A stretch of 64,000 nucleotides of DNA from Octopus sinensis (Eukaryota), in contig NC_042998.1 in the NCBI RefSeq assembly GCF_006345805.1, positions 135,532,001 through 135,596,000 on the forward strand, read 5' to 3'. Position 1 is the first letter of the stretch. Each line of letters opens with the position of its first letter. Position numbers and translations under genes: made by a program. The notes under the pieces are model-generated. The model saw nothing but the letters and a program-made list of their open reading frames with translations. It was not told the origin of the DNA and did not search any database. Of the stretch, positions 63,904 through 64,000 are shown in pieces.

Positions 63904-64000
63904 ACTAGCAGTATCGCCCGGCGTTGCTCGGGTTTGTAAGGGAAATAACTATATAAGCATTTTTAGAGAGTTATAGCCAAAAAATAGCAAAAAATGCATG
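63904..64000 (-). mobile_element. Helitron 3' terminus; element runs off the window
   Basis: Minus strand CCCGA-gcaacg-CCGGG hairpin, 8 nt, CTAG|T. Confidence 0.7.

Noticed and set aside
62609-63932. MLLE gene captured inside a Helitron
   Set aside because: The Helitron 3' CTAG (63905-63908, minus strand) ends before the gene's acceptor, so the ORF lies outside this element.

Overview
Eukaryotic, repeat-saturated genomic window. The SINE families, microsatellite density and transposon types look like an octopus (coleoid cephalopod) genome; this is an inference. Most ORF-track entries are microsatellite artefacts. Two host genes are supported. (1) A single-exon 338-aa minus-strand ORF (62609-63625) built from three tandem MLLE/PABC domains plus a partial fourth, with no RRM. 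(2) A two-exon 56-aa predicted single-pass membrane microprotein (29116-29135 + 31094-31244, + strand) that the ORF track misses. The rest is mobile DNA: a Penelope-like element with two ~965-bp near-identical pLTRs, a near-full-length CR1/L2-group LINE, fragments of CRE-like, R4/Dong, Tx1/L1, RTE and I-group LINEs, a DD37D (maT) transposon interrupted by a solo LTR, hAT and mariner relics, MITEs, Helitron 3' ends and three SINE families. Reading by eye finds at least eight hammerhead-ribozyme cores from about five sequence families: in both pLTRs, in Penelope-like relics, stand-alone, and as a retrozyme-like tandem pair. No computation was run; coordinates are hand-counted (TE edges may be off by tens of bases) and family assignments come from recalled motifs.
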